From: Eubacteriales bacterium
GTDB lineage: Bacteria; Bacillota; Clostridia; Oscillospirales; CAG-272
Length of the DNA: 64,000 nt
NCBI GenBank assembly: GCA_045127215.1
Contig: JBGVPV010000046.1
Location: forward strand, 1,792-65,791
Reading direction: 5' to 3'
Both the position numbers and the translations under genes were made by a program. Positions 10,421 through 22,922 of the stretch are shown piece by piece. The notes under the pieces were generated by a model. That model ran no database searches and was not told the DNA's origin. It saw only the letters and a program-made list of their open reading frames with translations. Numbering within the stretch: the first letter of the stretch is position 1; the number at the start of each line of letters is the position of its first letter.

Positions 10421-11046
10421 ACACGAACGAAAAGATAAACTACCAGCTCATACTTGACAAGACTATCGCCGAGCACGAAAAGCGCGGTGAGCGTCCGCGG
10501 CTTTTACTTCACGCCTGCTGTGCTCCCTGCTCGAGCTACGTGCTCGAATATCTGAGTCGGTATTTTGGCATCACGCTGCTGTTCTTCAACCCCAACATCT
10601 CTCCACAATCCGAATACGATCTGCGCGCAAATGAGCTTGGCAGGCTGATATCGGATATGGGGCTTGGTGATCTGCCGCTTATAACGGCGGAATACACACC
10701 TGAGCTTTTCGAAGAAATAGCCGCAGGGCTTGAAGACGCCGCAGAAGGTGGCGAGAGATGCAAGAGATGCTATCGCTTAAGGCTTGAAAACGCCGCAAGA
10801 GCCGCGAAAGAGGGCGGATACGATTACTTTACCACAACTCTTTCCATAAGCCCTCACAAGAATTCTCGTTGGTTATGCGAGATCGGGGCGGAGCTTGAAA
10901 AACAATACGGCGTATCGTATCTCTATTCTGACTTCAAAAAGAAAAACGGTTATAAGCGTTCTATTGAGCTCTCGGAAAAATACGGCCTTTACCGCCAGGA
11001 TTTCTGCGGATGCAAATATTCAAAAGCGGCAAAAGAAAAAAGGTGA
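10417..11046 (+). CDS. queH: Epoxyqueuosine reductase QueH (DUF208)
   Basis: LLLHACCAPCSSY plus downstream CxxC and C-terminal FCGC motifs. 4-nt overlap with ppa. Confidence 0.85.
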   Translation: MNTNEKINYQLILDKTIAEHEKRGERPRLLLHACCAPCSSYVLEYLSRYFGITLLFFNPNISPQSEYDLRANELGRLISDMGLGDLPLITAEYTPELFEEIAAGLEDAAEGGERCKRCYRLRLENAARAAKEGGYDYFTTTLSISPHKNSRWLCEIGAELEKQYGVSYLYSDFKKKNGYKRSIELSEKYGLYRQDFCGCKYSKAAKEKR

Positions 11047-11150
11047 GCTTGATAACAGGCTCACCTTTTGCATTCACATACATATTCGGTAATTTGTGTG
11101 ACAATAATATTCATATAATAAAACAATAAGTCTGAAAGGATAAAAATAAT

Positions 11151-12461
11151 ATGAGTAAACCGCAAATAGTAAAGTGCTGTGCGCGAGAAATACTTGATTC
11201 ACGCGGCAATCCCACGGTTGAGGCATCGGTATTTTTGGCTGACGGAACGGTGGGAATGGCAAGCGTTCCATCGGGCGCGTCAACGGGAATCTACGAGGCG
11301 CACGAGAAAAGAGATAACAACCCATCAAGATACGGTGGCAAAGGCGTTGAGGACGCCGTATGCGCCGTCTGCCGACATATCTCCCCCGCGATCAGCGGAA
11401 TAAACGCGACCGAGCAGGCGGAAATCGACCGAATCCTCATTCAGCTCGACGGCACGCGCGACAAATCTTCGCTTGGCGCTAACGCCATTCTCGCCGTTTC
11501 TCTTGCCAACGCTCGCGCCGCGGCTAACTGGTATCACCAGCCGCTCTACCGCTATCTCGGCGGTCTTGACGCGCACCGTCTCCCCGTACCGATGATGAAC
11601 ATTCTCAACGGTGGAGCGCACGCTTCAAATAATCTTGAAATACAGGAATTTATGATAATGCCCACAGGCTTTACCCGCTTTGCCGAGGCATTACGCGCGG
11701 GAAGCGAGATATACCACACGCTCGGCAGAATTCTCCGCCAAAAAGGGCTTTCCACGGGTGTGGGTGACGAGGGTGGATTTGCCCCCACGCTTGAAAGTGA
11801 CGAGCAGGCGATCGACCTGATACTCACGGCTATCACCGAAGCGGGATACGACACAGACCGAGTAAAAATAGCGCTTGACGCCGCCGCGTCAGAGTGGTTT
11901 GACGAGGAAAACGGCAAATATATTCTCCCCAAGACGAAAAAACAGATGAGCACCGAGGAGCTTATCGATTATTGGGAGAAGCTCTGCGACAAATACCCTG
12001 CGATAGAATCCATTGAGGACGCGCTTGATCAGCGAGACAACGAGGGCTGGAAGGCACTCACCGAAAAGCTCGGCAAGAGAATCATGCTCGTCGGAGACGA
12101 TCTGTTCGTTACAAACGCCAAGCGTCTTGCCGCAGGTATTAGCGAGGGTATCGCGAACGCTATTCTCATAAAGCCCAATCAGGTCGGAACGCTCACCGAG
12201 ACGCTTGAGACCGTTCACACCGCGCAAAACGCAGGCTACCGCTTTATAATCTCTCACCGTTCAGGTGACACCGAGGACACAACCATCGCCGATATTGCCG
12301 TGGCGCTCGGCTCGGGCTTTATCAAGACCGGCGCGCCCTGCCGCAGTGAGCGTGTGGCAAAATACAACCGTCTGCTTCGCATAGAGTCCTCTCTCAACTG
12401 CTCCGCACGCTACGGCTGTGATAATACCGACGCATATTCCAAATCAATATACGAAATCTGA
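11151..12461 (+). CDS. eno: Enolase (phosphopyruvate hydratase)
   Basis: [36 protein letters not shown] and [10 protein letters not shown] motifs. Confidence 0.98.
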   Translation: MSKPQIVKCCAREILDSRGNPTVEASVFLADGTVGMASVPSGASTGIYEAHEKRDNNPSRYGGKGVEDAVCAVCRHISPAISGINATEQAEIDRILIQLDGTRDKSSLGANAILAVSLANARAAANWYHQPLYRYLGGLDAHRLPVPMMNILNGGAHASNNLEIQEFMIMPTGFTRFAEALRAGSEIYHTLGRILRQKGLSTGVGDEGGFAPTLESDEQAIDLILTAITEAGYDTDRVKIALDAAASEWFDEENGKYILPKTKKQMSTEELIDYWEKLCDKYPAIESIEDALDQRDNEGWKALTEKLGKRIMLVGDDLFVTNAKRLAAGISEGIANAILIKPNQVGTLTETLETVHTAQNAGYRFIISHRSGDTEDTTIADIAVALGSGFIKTGAPCRSERVAKYNRLLRIESSLNCSARYGCDNTDAYSKSIYEI

Positions 12462-12476
12462 ATCATTCAATAAATG

Positions 12477-12514
12477 CAAAAACAGCGTATCTCGAAAGAG
12501 ATACGCTGTTTTTC
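12477..12514. terminator. Bidirectional terminator between eno and rpoC
   Basis: acagcgtatctc gaaa gagatacgctgt hairpin flanked by A- and T-runs. Confidence 0.85.
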
Positions 12515-12519
12515 TATTA

Positions 12520-15500
12520 TCAGCCTACGGCTGTTTCATCCTGCACGGGCTCTTCCTTAACGACGTCAACGTTATGGTAGCACTGCATACCCGTACCTGC
12601 GGGGATCAGCTTACCGATAATAACGTTTTCCTTAAGTCCCAAGAGATGGTCAACCTTACCCTTGATAGCCGCCTCAGTAAGAACCTTGGTGGTTTCCTGG
12701 AAGGATGCGGCAGACAAGAAGGACTCTGTCTGGAGAGATGCCTTGGTAATACCGAGAAGCTCAGGTGCGCCCTCTGCATAAGCAGCTTCCTCACCTGCCT
12801 CGATACGTGCGGTGATCTTGTTGTTCTCTTCCTCGAACTCAGTCATATCAACGAGAGATCCAACGAGCATTGCGGTATCACCGCTCTCGGAAATTCTGAT
12901 CTTTCTCGTCATCTGACGTGCAATGATCTCGATATGCTTATCGTTAACGTTACACTCCTGAGAACGGTAAACCTTCTGCGTCTCACGGGTAATGTACTCG
13001 TAAACCGCATCAAGTCCGAGAATTCTCATGATATCGCTCGGAGCCTTGTTACCCTCTGTAAGAGCATCGCCCACCTCAACCATATCTCCGGTCTTAACGC
13101 AAAGACGCATACCGAAGGGGATCTGGTAACGTGCAACCTCAACAGAGTCAGCAACGATAGCAACCTCATTTGTATTGAGGTTTTCACCTGCGTGAACGTG
13201 AACTGTACCCTTGAACTCTGTCATAACGGCAGGCTTCTTAGGTGTTCTCGCCTCAAAGAGCTCTTCAACTCTGGGAAGACCCTGAGTAATATCGCTTCCT
13301 GCGACACCACCGGAGTGGAACGTACGCATGGTAAGCTGTGTACCGGGCTCACCGATAGACTGAGCCGCGATAATACCAACTGCCTCACCAACCTTAACAA
13401 GATTGCCGGATGCGAGGTCTGCGCCGTAGCAGTGCGCACAGATACCGTGTCTTGCATGACACTGAATTGCAGTTCTGATATAAACTCTTTCAATGCCTGC
13501 AGCCTCGATAGCCTTAGCCTGCTCGTCTGTGATCATCTGGTCGTCGCCAACGATAACGTTACCCTGGGCATCAACCACGTCACCAATAGTATATCTACCA
13601 ACGATTCTGTCGGACAGAGGCTCAAGCACACTGCCTACCTTATCGTCGTAAATTGTGCTTACCCAAGCACCCTTTGTGGTATCACACTTCTCCTCGTGAA
13701 CGATAACTTCCTGAGATACGTCAACAAGACGTCTTGTAAGGTATCCGGAGTCTGCCGTACGGAGAGCGGTATCGGAAAGCGACTTACGCGATCCCTTAGC
13801 ACCCATAAAGTACTCAAGTATATTAAGACCTTCACGGAAGTTTGACTTAATAGGAAGCTCGATAGTCTTACCGTTTGTCGCGAACATAAGTCCACGCATA
13901 CCGGCAAGCTGTCTCATCTGCTTTACAGATCCACGGGCTCCGGAAACTGCCATGATGTTGATCGGGTTGTACTCATCAAAGCTGTCAAGCAAAGCGTTGG
14001 AAACGTCCTTGGTGGTCTCTTCCCAGATCTTGATAACGTTATTATAACGCTCGTCGTTAGTAAGAACGCCCTCGTTATAATACTCGTTGACCATATCAAC
14101 CTTGCTCTGAGCTTCTGCGATATACTTACTCTTTTCCTCGGGAATAGTCATATCGTAAACCGAGATAGAGAAGGAAGCCTTTGTGGAGTACTTGAATCCA
14201 AGCTCCTTAACGCTGTCAAGCATTTCAGCACAAACCGCAAAGCCGTGCTTCTTGATACAGCTATCGATAATACGTCCAAGCTCTTTCTTCTTTACAACGC
14301 TCTGGATCTCAAGCTCGAACAGAGACTCCTCTGTATCTCTTGCCGTAAATCCGAGGTCCTGAGGAATAGGCTGGTTGAAGATAAGACGTCCAAGGGTTGC
14401 CTTGACGATTCTTGTCTTCATCTCGCCGTCGATTTCCTTTGTCATACGAATGTGAATAGGAGCGTGAAGTCCAAGATCACCGTTCGTATACGCCATCATC
14501 GCCTCGTTGAAGTCGCGATAATAGCTTCCCTCTCCGGGCTCGCCGGGCTTATCCATTGTAAGATAGTAAGCACCAAGCACCATATCCTGTGAAGGAACTG
14601 CAACTGCGCGTCCGTCCATAGGCTTGAGAAGGTTGTTTGCGGAAAGCATGAGGAATCTTGCCTCTGCCTGCGCTTCCGCAGAAAGCGGTACGTGAACAGG
14701 CATCTGGTCACCGTCAAAGTCCGCGTTAAACGCCGTACATACCAGCGGGTGAAGCTTGATAGCTCTTCCCTCTACGAGTACAGGCTCGAACGCCTGAATG
14801 GAAAGACGGTGGAGCGTAGGAGCACGGTTAAGAAGCACAGGATGCTCCTTGATAACGTTCTCCAGCGCATCCCATACGCAAGGATTATCGTGCGCCTTCT
14901 CGATCTTCTTAAGCGCGTCCTTAACACCGGGAACCTTGCCCATCTCCTCAAGTCTCTTTACTACGAAGGGCTTGAAGAGCTCGAGAGCCATTTCTCTGGG
15001 AAGACCGCACTGATAAATTTTCAAGGAAGGTCCTACGACGATAACCGAACGTCCGGAATAGTCAACACGCTTACCAAGCAGGTTCTGACGGAAGCGTCCC
15101 TGCTTACCGCGACGAAGCTCGGAAAGTGACTTGAGAGGACGGTTGGAGGGACCTGTTACAGGCTTTCCGCGACGTCCGTTGTCTATAAGGGAGTCAACTG
15201 CTTCCTGAAGCATTCTCTTCTCGTTACGGATAACGATCTCGGGAGCGTTGATCTCGATTATCTTCTTAAGACGGTTGTTTCTGCTGATAACTCGTCTGTA
15301 AAGCTCGTTAAGGTCGGAGGTTGCAAAACGTCCACCGTCAAGCTGTACCATAGGACGAAGGTCAGCGGGAAGCACGGGAACTACGTCGAGTATCATCCAC
15401 TCGATCTTGTTGCCCGACTTTCTGAAGGACTCGACTACCTCGAGTCTCTTGATAAGACGAGTCTTCTTCTGTCCGGAAGCGGTGAGAAGCTCATTTCTAA

Positions 15501-16071
15501 GGCTTGCCGCAAGCTCGTCGATATCTATCTTCTGCAAAAGCTCCTTGATAGCCTCAGCACCCATGCCTACGCGGAAATCGTTTCCGTAAAGCTCGAGCTT
15601 TTCCTGATACTGCTTATCGTTGAGGACCTCGCCCTCGCTAATTCCCGTAGAACCGGGATCGAGAACGATGTACTCAGCAAAGTAAAGTACCTGCTCAAGC
15701 TGCTTGGGAGACATATCAAGCACAAGCGCCATCTTGGAGGGAATAGCCTTGAAGTACCAGATGTGAGATACGGGAGCCTCAAGCTCGATGTGTCCCATTC
15801 TCTCACGACGAACCTTCTTAGTGGTTACGTCAACTCCGCACTTCTCACACTTATGGGGCTCTTTGTTGTGGGAATTCTTATACTTTCCGCACATACAAGC
15901 GCCGTCCTTGGTAGGACCAAAGATACGCTCACAGAACAATCCGCCTACCTCAGCCTTAAGCGTACGGTAGTTGATCGTCTCGGGCTTTGTTACCTCACCA
16001 TAAGACCATTCTCTTATCATCTCGGGAGATGCCAGACCTATTTTTATTGAATCGAATTCATTATTCTGCAT
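12520..16071 (-). CDS. rpoC: DNA-directed RNA polymerase subunit beta-prime
   Basis: NADFDGDQM catalytic motif and Zn-binding CxC...CxxC N-terminus. I prefer the start at 16071 ([12 protein letters not shown]), which is preceded by GGAAGGAGAA. Confidence 0.98.
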   Translation of the reverse strand: MQNNEFDSIKIGLASPEMIREWSYGEVTKPETINYRTLKAEVGGLFCERIFGPTKDGACMCGKYKNSHNKEPHKCEKCGVDVTTKKVRRERMGHIELEAPVSHIWYFKAIPSKMALVLDMSPKQLEQVLYFAEYIVLDPGSTGISEGEVLNDKQYQEKLELYGNDFRVGMGAEAIKELLQKIDIDELAASLRNELLTASGQKKTRLIKRLEVVESFRKSGNKIEWMILDVVPVLPADLRPMVQLDGGRFATSDLNELYRRVISRNNRLKKIIEINAPEIVIRNEKRMLQEAVDSLIDNGRRGKPVTGPSNRPLKSLSELRRGKQGRFRQNLLGKRVDYSGRSVIVVGPSLKIYQCGLPREMALELFKPFVVKRLEEMGKVPGVKDALKKIEKAHDNPCVWDALENVIKEHPVLLNRAPTLHRLSIQAFEPVLVEGRAIKLHPLVCTAFNADFDGDQMPVHVPLSAEAQAEARFLMLSANNLLKPMDGRAVAVPSQDMVLGAYYLTMDKPGEPGEGSYYRDFNEAMMAYTNGDLGLHAPIHIRMTKEIDGEMKTRIVKATLGRLIFNQPIPQDLGFTARDTEESLFELEIQSVVKKKELGRIIDSCIKKHGFAVCAEMLDSVKELGFKYSTKASFSISVYDMTIPEEKSKYIAEAQSKVDMVNEYYNEGVLTNDERYNNVIKIWEETTKDVSNALLDSFDEYNPINIMAVSGARGSVKQMRQLAGMRGLMFATNGKTIELPIKSNFREGLNILEYFMGAKGSRKSLSDTALRTADSGYLTRRLVDVSQEVIVHEEKCDTTKGAWVSTIYDDKVGSVLEPLSDRIVGRYTIGDVVDAQGNVIVGDDQMITDEQAKAIEAAGIERVYIRTAIQCHARHGICAHCYGADLASGNLVKVGEAVGIIAAQSIGEPGTQLTMRTFHSGGVAGSDITQGLPRVEELFEARTPKKPAVMTEFKGTVHVHAGENLNTNEVAIVADSVEVARYQIPFGMRLCVKTGDMVEVGDALTEGNKAPSDIMRILGLDAVYEYITRETQKVYRSQECNVNDKHIEIIARQMTRKIRISESGDTAMLVGSLVDMTEFEEENNKITARIEAGEEAAYAEGAPELLGITKASLQTESFLSAASFQETTKVLTEAAIKGKVDHLLGLKENVIIGKLIPAGTGMQCYHNVDVVKEEPVQDETAVG

Positions 16072-16088
16072 ATCTGTTCTCCTTCCAA

Positions 16089-19000
16089 TCAATCTTCGTA
16101 ATCTTCAACGTCATCAAAATCGTCAACGAGCTCGCCGTCAGCGTTTTCGATGAGGAAGTTCTTGGAAATCTCGTCCTCGTCCTCTTCAGACATATCAATA
16201 CCCTCTGCAAAAGCAGAATCATGCTTATTGGAATAAGTAAAGGTATCGTCATCGTTGCAGATGGAGGAGAGCTGTACCTCGTCACCGTTCTTATCAAGCG
16301 TACGGATGTTAAGACCGAGAGACTGAAGCTCCTTAACAAGCACCTTGAAGGACTCGGGAACTCCGGGGGTGGGGATATTCTGACCCTTGATGATAGCCTC
16401 GTAAGCCTTACGGCGTCCGTTGATATCGTCAGACTTAACGGTGAGTATCTCCTGAAGTGTGTATGCCGCGCCGTATGCTTCAAGCGCCCAAACTTCCATT
16501 TCTCCGAAACGCTGTCCACCAAACTGCGCTTTACCGCCGAGAGGCTGCTGCGTTACGATGGAGTAAGGACCGTTGGATCTTGCGTGGATCTTATCGTCAA
16601 CGAGGTGGTGGAGCTTGAGGTAGTACATAATACCTACGGTTACGGGGTTATCGAAGGGCTCACCGGTTCTACCATCGTAAAGAATGGTCTTACCGTCAAT
16701 TACTCTTACGTTACCCTGGGCGTAAAGTCTTGCCATTTCCTCTGCATCTTTTCTCTGCTCGTCTGTGATCTTAACAAGATCCTTCTTGCCGTCAGCAGTA
16801 ACTGTCTCAATGAACAGCTCCTTACCGTCAACGTTTTCACCGGGGCAGATCTTTCTGCAATGGCCTGCCATACGCAAGCACTCTATAATATCACGCTCGT
16901 TGGCGCCGTCAAATACGGGAGTTTCGATCTTCCAGCCAAGCTTTCTTGCCGCAATACCAAGGTGTACTTCAAGCACCTGACCGATATTCATACGGGAAGG
17001 AACACCCAGAGGGTTAAGAACGATATCAAGAGGTGTACCGTCAGCGAGGAAAGGCATATCCTCGGGAGGAAGAATTCTGGAAACGACACCCTTATTACCG
17101 TGACGTCCCGCCATCTTGTCTCCTACGGAGATCTTTCTCTTCTGAGCAATATATACGCGTACAGTCTTGTTAACGCCTGTGGGAAGATCATCGTTATTCT
17201 CGTGAGAGAATACCTTTACGTCAACTACGATACCGGAAACACCGTGAGGAAGTCTGAGAGAGGTATCTCTTACTTCTCTTGCCTTCTCACCGAAGATAGC
17301 ACGGAGAAGTCTTTCCTCTGCGGTAAGCTCTGTCTCTCCCTTGGGAGTGATCTTACCAACGAGAATGTCACCCGCTCTTACCTCAGTTCCCTTCTTTACG
17401 ATACCCTCAGCGTTAAGGTCCTTAAGCGCATCCTCGCCAACGTTGGGGATCTCGCGAGTGATCTCCTCCGGTCCGAGCTTGGTATCTCTTGCGTCGTGAG
17501 TGTATTCCTCAATATGAAGTGAGGTATATACATCATCTCTTACAAGTCTTTCATTAAGAAGAACTGCGTCCTCGTAGTTATAGCCTTCCCAGGTCATAAA
17601 TCCGATAAGCGCGTTCTTACCGAGAGAGATCTCACCGTTTGCGGTTGCAGGACCGTCTGCGATGACCTGTCCCTTTTCAACTCTCTCACCGCAGCTTACT
17701 ACGGGCTTCTGGTTGAAGCAAGTGCCCTGGTTGGTCTTCTTGAACTTGATAAGCTCGTAAACGTCCTTATGTCCGTCGTCACAAGCCACAACTATCTTTG
17801 TTGCCTCAACGCGCTCAACAATACCCGCGTCCTTAGCAACAACCACAACGCCGGAATCTACCGCAGCCTTGTACTCCATACCTGTACCAACGATAGGAGA
17901 GTCAGTAACCATAAGCGGAACTGCCTGCTTCTGCATGTTAGATCCCATGAGCGCACGGGAGTTATCGTCGTTCTCAAGGAATGGGATCATTGCGGTAGCA
18001 ACGGAAACCACCATCTTGGGAGAAACGTCCATATAGTCAACCTCAAATACAGACTTCTCAACGAACTCACCCTTATCACGCGCAGTAACTCTTGCGCTGA
18101 GGAAGTGGCCGTTCTCGTCGATAGGCTCGTTTGCGGGAACTATAACGTAATTATCTTCTTTATCCGCGGTCATGTAAACTACCTCGTCGGTAACCGTACC
18201 GGTAGTCTTGTCTATCTTGCGGAAGGGCGCCTCAATGAAACCGTAGTCATTTATACGCGCGTAGGTTGTAAGGTAGGAAATAAGACCGATGTTAGGTCCT
18301 TCAGGAGTCTCGATAGGACACATACGACCGTAGTGGGTGTAGTGAACGTCACGGACGTCAAAGGATGCTCTTTCTCTGGACAGACCTCCGGGACCGAGAG
18401 CCGAAAGACGACGCTTGTGCGTAAGCTCTGCGAGGGGGTTGTTCTGGTCCATGAACTGAGAGAGCTGAGAAGAACCGAAGAACTCACGGATAACCGTGGT
18501 AACGGGCTTAATATTGATAAGCGCGCTGGGAGTAAGCTTTTCGTTATCCTGGCTTATCATTCTCTCCTTGATGATCTTATCCATTCTTGTAAAGCCGATA
18601 CGGAGCTGATTCTGAAGCTGCTCGCCGACAGAACGGATACGGCGGTTTCCAAGGTGGTCGATATCGTCTATCGAACCAACGCCGTGCATAAGGTTGAGCA
18701 AGTAGTTTATAGTTGCGAAAATATCATCCTTGGTGATGAACTTGGGGCAAAGCTCTGCGATTCTTGCCTTTACGCTTGCCTTGATGGCGTCTACGTCGCC
18801 CTCACAGGTCTCAACGATATCCTGAAGCACCGCGATGCTTACCTTCTCGTTGATGCCGCAATCCTTAAGATCGTAGCCGAGAATTGCCTCGGGCATAATG
18901 GTATTGTTGGAGAATACCTTTATAACCTCACCGTTGTCAAGCTGAATGAGAACTTCGTTAACCGCGTTGTCTTCAACGAGGAACGCCTTTTCTCTGTCGA

Positions 19001-19958
19001 TGTACTCGCCCTTGTTGATAATAACCTCACCGGTAAGACGGCTTACGATATCCTCAGCGGCAACGTGACCTCTGATTCTGGAGTGTATTGCCATCTTCTT
19101 GTCGAACTTATAACGTCCAACGGGGGCGATATCATATCGCTTGTTGTCAAAGAAATAGTTGTTGATAAGCATCTGGGCAGACTCCACCAGAGGAGGCTCG
19201 CCGGGACGAAGCTTCTTGTATATTTCCTTGAGGGCTTCGGTTGTACAGTCGGTGTTATTATGAAGAGCGAGAAGCTCACTCTCGTCCTTATCAAAGGTTG
19301 TGGTAAGAGCAGCCTCGTCACCGAACATTGCATAGATCTCGTCACGGCTCTCAATACCGAGCGCGCGAATAAACATTGTAAGAGGAAGCTTGCGGTTTTT
19401 ATCAATACGGACGTACATAACTCCGCTCGCGTCTACCTCATACTCAAGCCATGCGCCTCTGTAAGGAATTACCTGAGCGGCGAAAAGCTCGTTACCTGAC
19501 TTGTCGATGCTCTTATCGTAATACATACCGGGTGAACGGATTATCTGAGAAACTATGACACGCTCTGCTCCGTTAATAACGAAGGTACCCGTCTCTGTCA
19601 TTATCGGGAAATCTCCCATGAAAATGTCAGTTTGCTTTACCTCTCCCGTTTCCTTGTTGGTGAGGCGTACGTTGACCTTAAGGGGAGCTGCATAGTTTGC
19701 ATCTCTCTCCTTGCATTCCTCAACGGTATATTTGGGCTTGGAATCAATAGAGTAAGAAACGAACTCTATTACCAGCTTTTCAGAATGGTCTGTGATGGGG
19801 GATACGTCGCGAAGTACCTCCATAAGACCTTCTTCCAAAAACCATTTGAATGATTTTGTCTGCACCTCAACGAGATTGGGAAGCTCACACGGGAACTGAG
19901 ATTTGGAAAAGCTCATTCTCGTATTCTTACCAAGCTTGTGCTCTTTTACGTTGACCAT
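16089..19958 (-). CDS. rpoB: DNA-directed RNA polymerase subunit beta
   Basis: Full-length RpoB with conserved blocks ([31 protein letters not shown]). I prefer the ATG at 19958, with GGAGTG 7 nt upstream. Confidence 0.98.
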   Translation of the reverse strand: MVNVKEHKLGKNTRMSFSKSQFPCELPNLVEVQTKSFKWFLEEGLMEVLRDVSPITDHSEKLVIEFVSYSIDSKPKYTVEECKERDANYAAPLKVNVRLTNKETGEVKQTDIFMGDFPIMTETGTFVINGAERVIVSQIIRSPGMYYDKSIDKSGNELFAAQVIPYRGAWLEYEVDASGVMYVRIDKNRKLPLTMFIRALGIESRDEIYAMFGDEAALTTTFDKDESELLALHNNTDCTTEALKEIYKKLRPGEPPLVESAQMLINNYFFDNKRYDIAPVGRYKFDKKMAIHSRIRGHVAAEDIVSRLTGEVIINKGEYIDREKAFLVEDNAVNEVLIQLDNGEVIKVFSNNTIMPEAILGYDLKDCGINEKVSIAVLQDIVETCEGDVDAIKASVKARIAELCPKFITKDDIFATINYLLNLMHGVGSIDDIDHLGNRRIRSVGEQLQNQLRIGFTRMDKIIKERMISQDNEKLTPSALINIKPVTTVIREFFGSSQLSQFMDQNNPLAELTHKRRLSALGPGGLSRERASFDVRDVHYTHYGRMCPIETPEGPNIGLISYLTTYARINDYGFIEAPFRKIDKTTGTVTDEVVYMTADKEDNYVIVPANEPIDENGHFLSARVTARDKGEFVEKSVFEVDYMDVSPKMVVSVATAMIPFLENDDNSRALMGSNMQKQAVPLMVTDSPIVGTGMEYKAAVDSGVVVVAKDAGIVERVEATKIVVACDDGHKDVYELIKFKKTNQGTCFNQKPVVSCGERVEKGQVIADGPATANGEISLGKNALIGFMTWEGYNYEDAVLLNERLVRDDVYTSLHIEEYTHDARDTKLGPEEITREIPNVGEDALKDLNAEGIVKKGTEVRAGDILVGKITPKGETELTAEERLLRAIFGEKAREVRDTSLRLPHGVSGIVVDVKVFSHENNDDLPTGVNKTVRVYIAQKRKISVGDKMAGRHGNKGVVSRILPPEDMPFLADGTPLDIVLNPLGVPSRMNIGQVLEVHLGIAARKLGWKIETPVFDGANERDIIECLRMAGHCRKICPGENVDGKELFIETVTADGKKDLVKITDEQRKDAEEMARLYAQGNVRVIDGKTILYDGRTGEPFDNPVTVGIMYYLKLHHLVDDKIHARSNGPYSIVTQQPLGGKAQFGGQRFGEMEVWALEAYGAAYTLQEILTVKSDDINGRRKAYEAIIKGQNIPTPGVPESFKVLVKELQSLGLNIRTLDKNGDEVQLSSICNDDDTFTYSNKHDSAFAEGIDMSEEDEDEISKNFLIENADGELVDDFDDVEDYED

Positions 19959-20130
19959 TATCAATCACTCCATTCAAAGTAATACTCCACTATTGTGCGA
20001 TGTGGAACTCGCGCCATTACGCTGACTTTGAAGCGCTTACACACGTGCGTACGTATATATAAAATAATATCGTAGCAAACCTGCAAAAACTTAAAAGAGG
20101 GCATAATAAGCAATTATAATGCAGTTTACA

Positions 20131-20159
20131 ATTATAGCACACTTGTCAAGAGTTGTCAA
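20131..20159 (-). promoter_or_regulatory. Consensus sigma-A promoter upstream of rpoB
   Basis: On the minus strand: TTGACA (20159-20154), 17-nt spacer, TATAAT (20136-20131). About 170 nt upstream of the rpoB start. Confidence 0.55.
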
Positions 20160-20239
20160 GAGATATTTCTCAAAAAAACAATATTTTTTCAAAAAAAATA
20201 TATTTTTGCGTTTTTTACCCCACTATTTTGTCAAAATAC

Positions 20240-20268
20240 TTGTCAAAAAAGAATTAATATGGTATACT
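20240..20268 (+). promoter_or_regulatory. Sigma-A promoter of the alkaline phosphatase gene
   Basis: TTGTCA, 17-nt spacer ending in TGG, then TATACT. Confidence 0.55.
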
Positions 20269-20298
20269 GAATTCATAAACAGACAAGGAGTTTGACGT

Positions 20299-21486
20299 AT
20301 GAAAACAACCTTTATAAAATTCTTAGCGTTACTTACGGTGCTGTGCCTGCTCTTTACCTTCGCGGGCTGTACCGACAATACCCCCGATGATCCTTCGCAG
20401 AATGACGCAGGTAAGATCGACGACGTAGGACTCGGAGATCTCGGCACTCCCACAGGAGAGATCAAAAACGTCATATTCATAATCGGCGACGGTATGGGCA
20501 AGAACCATATAGAAGCGGGCGCGCTTGACAGAGGAAGCAAGTACGCCTTCCAGTCCTGGAAGCAGGTAAACGTTAATACCGATTCCATCGATAAAGATAC
20601 GGGCGCACTCGTGCTTACCGACTCAGCCGCATCCGCTACCGCGCTTGCAACGGGCAGCCTTACCCAAAACAAGTACGTCGGAATTGACGCCGAGGGTGAT
20701 CCCTTAAAGACTATAATGGACTACGCAAGAGCTACCGGTAAGTCTACGGGAATAGTCACGACCGACTATCTCTACGGCGCAACCCCCGCAGGCTTTTCGG
20801 CTCACGCTGACGACAGAAACGCCACCAAGGCGATCACCGAGTCTCAGCTCAGATCGGGCATAGATTTCCTTGCAGGACTGACGAGCGTCGTCTACGAGCA
20901 GACCCTGTACAAAAATATGATCGCGGCGTCTCCCTATTACTTCACCACCTCGCTTGACGACAGTGAGATCGCGCAAAAGGATATGGTGATGCTCTCCCTC
21001 AATATAGAAAACGGAGAAACGGGCAGCGTTACCCTCAGCGACACCGCCAAAACAGCGCTGAACTATCTTGAGAAGAACGAGAACGGCTTCGTTCTTATGA
21101 TAGAGCAGGCTTACATAGACAAGTACTCCCACAATAACGAGTTCGGCAATATGCTAAGCAGAATGCACAGTCTCGGCGACACCGTCGACGCGGTTATGGA
21201 ATGGGTAGGCGACCGCACTGACACCGTTGTTCTGGTCAGCGCAGACCACGAGACAGGCGGACTCAACGTAAGTGCCGACGAAGCCCTCAAGAACACCCAC
21301 AACGGTCAGAACGGCAGCTTCTTCTACAAGTGGACGAGCACCGATCACACCCAGGCGTTCGTTAACCTTTACGTATACGGAATCGACGAGGATTTTGGCA
21401 CGTACAAGAATTTCCTTGATGAAAATCTTATTAAAAACACCGACATTTTCTTGCTTATGAAGCGTCTTGTGACCACGGGAGAATGA
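20299..21486 (+). CDS. Alkaline phosphatase family lipoprotein
   Basis: Lipobox LFTFAGC. Motifs FIIGDGMG and the active-site region LTDSAASATALATG, with a later DHETGG metal site. Confidence 0.9.
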   Translation: MKTTFIKFLALLTVLCLLFTFAGCTDNTPDDPSQNDAGKIDDVGLGDLGTPTGEIKNVIFIIGDGMGKNHIEAGALDRGSKYAFQSWKQVNVNTDSIDKDTGALVLTDSAASATALATGSLTQNKYVGIDAEGDPLKTIMDYARATGKSTGIVTTDYLYGATPAGFSAHADDRNATKAITESQLRSGIDFLAGLTSVVYEQTLYKNMIAASPYYFTTSLDDSEIAQKDMVMLSLNIENGETGSVTLSDTAKTALNYLEKNENGFVLMIEQAYIDKYSHNNEFGNMLSRMHSLGDTVDAVMEWVGDRTDTVVLVSADHETGGLNVSADEALKNTHNGQNGSFFYKWTSTDHTQAFVNLYVYGIDEDFGTYKNFLDENLIKNTDIFLLMKRLVTTGE

Positions 21487-21545
21487 TCCCCTGCCCCGCA
21501 AAACGCGAAAATAGTAAATTTTTAAAACTTTTTTTAAAAAAGGTA

Positions 21546-21574
21546 TTGCAAAAAACAAAAAGTTATGGTATCAT
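21546..21574 (+). promoter_or_regulatory. Sigma-A promoter of rpsT
   Basis: TTGCAA, 17-nt spacer with TGG, then TATCAT. Confidence 0.5.
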
Positions 21575-21662
21575 ATATAACTGTATGAATGAATACGGAG
21601 CGTAACCTCTCATGCGCACCGTCAAGATTTTACCTAACAAATTCTAACGGAGGTGAATTTCA

Positions 21663-21923
21663 ATGCCGAATATCAAGAGTGCAAAGAAGCGTGTTCTCGT
21701 AATCAAGACAAAGACAATGCAGAACAAGATTTTCAAGACTCAGCTCAAGACTGATATCAAGAAGTATCAGGCTGCAATTGCTGAAGGCAACGCAGAGGCT
21801 GCTCAGACAACCTACAAGGCTGCTGTTAAGAAGATCGACCAGGCTGCTGCTCGCGGAATCATCCACAAGAACGCAGCTGCCCGTAAGAAGAGCCAGTTCA
21901 CAAAGGCGCTTAACAATATGTAA
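21663..21923 (+). CDS. rpsT: 30S ribosomal protein S20
   Basis: MPNIKSAKKRV start and a basic 86-aa helical protein with the typical bS20 pattern. Confidence 0.97.
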   Translation: MPNIKSAKKRVLVIKTKTMQNKIFKTQLKTDIKKYQAAIAEGNAEAAQTTYKAAVKKIDQAAARGIIHKNAAARKKSQFTKALNNM

Positions 21924-21927
21924 TTTT

Positions 21928-21970
21928 AACCGTACGCGGACTCTCACCTCCGTGTACGGTTATTTACTTT
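21928..21970 (+). terminator. rpsT terminator
   Basis: aaccgtacgcgga ... tccgtgtacggtt hairpin followed by a T-rich tract. Confidence 0.7.
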
Positions 21971-22122
21971 TCAGCGGACAAATAAAAGAAGCCATACCTT
22001 TCGGCGAGGGAACGTCGCGAGGACATTTTATATTTCCCCACTCTCCCAAAGGATGAGCCTTTATTTAAGCCCGTATCGAATACGGGAAATTCATAAAAAT
22101 CGGATCTCGTTAAACAAAAATC

Positions 22123-22206
22123 GTAGGGACAGGCGTCCTCGCCTGTCCGCCGTAGCGTAAAGTAACATTTTCGCCCGAACGGACAGTCGAGGACGCCTGT
22201 CCCTAC
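22123..22206. repeat. 84-bp palindromic (REP/MITE-like) element
   Basis: Perfect 19-bp inverted repeat gtagggacaggcgtcctcg / cgaggacgcctgtccctac separated by 46 bp. Each arm can also fold on itself (gacaggcg tcct cgcctgtc). Confidence 0.6.
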
Positions 22207-22343
22207 TGATTTATGATGTTCCTACGTTGCAGATGAAGCGCTGCGCTCTCCCCTGCCGTACAAGAAAATATTTATATTAAATAAATTAATCAGCGCACCC
22301 GTTTCATTACGGGTGCGCTGATGCGTCTGTATGTAAATGCTTT

Positions 22344-22649
22344 TTAGAAAAATCCTTTAACTGTGTTTACAGCCATTATAATAAAGTCAACTATTGCCTC
22401 GCCAAGCACGAACAGTAAATTAAGCAAAACAGAGAAAATAATAAATACAGTATAAACGATAAAGAAAATAATACCTACGATAACTGCCAGAGCACCCGTA
22501 ACTACCTCCGCTATCTTATCCCAGACCGTGGGAGCTTCCTCCGCTACCTCGCCGTCAGCCGCAGCCAACACGGGCATTGCAAACGTGGATACCAGCATAA
22601 TTGCCATCATAAAGATGGAAAGAAACTTGATAAACTTCTTGTTTTTCAT
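22344..22649 (-). CDS. Small secreted/membrane protein, paralog 1 of 3
   Basis: Signal peptide MKNKKFIKFLSIFMMAIMLVSTFAMPVLAA, acidic linker, then about 60 aa of very hydrophobic sequence. Clear paralogy to 22923..23225 and 56107..56409. Confidence 0.75.
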   Translation of the reverse strand: MKNKKFIKFLSIFMMAIMLVSTFAMPVLAAADGEVAEEAPTVWDKIAEVVTGALAVIVGIIFFIVYTVFIIFSVLLNLLFVLGEAIVDFIIMAVNTVKGFF

Positions 22650-22922
22650 AGTGATTTCCTGCTTTCCAAATAAAAATAATTTGCAAAATATCTTTGCACT
22701 GCCATTTTAACACGCAGAGCGTTACAAATCTGTTACAAATGGAAAAATGAAAAATATTTTTTTAAGTAAAGATTAGGACGATGACTTGCTGCCGCCGAAA
22801 ATAAGCGGTATAGAAATAATAAAACGGCGGGAGATAAACCCCCGCCCTACAACTAAAGGAGTACGAACAAAATTGTTCGTACTCCTTTTTCATACTTTAT
22901 TCGTTTTGGGTTAATCTATTAG

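Noticed and set aside
12418-19499. Very long plus-strand ORFs (12418..13845, 15987..17522, 17769..19499) opposite rpoC and rpoB.
   Set aside because: These are antisense shadow ORFs inside two unmistakable, full-length RNA polymerase genes. Their translations are low-complexity (Leu/Val/Ser/Asn-rich), they have no RBS, and they show no recognisable motifs.
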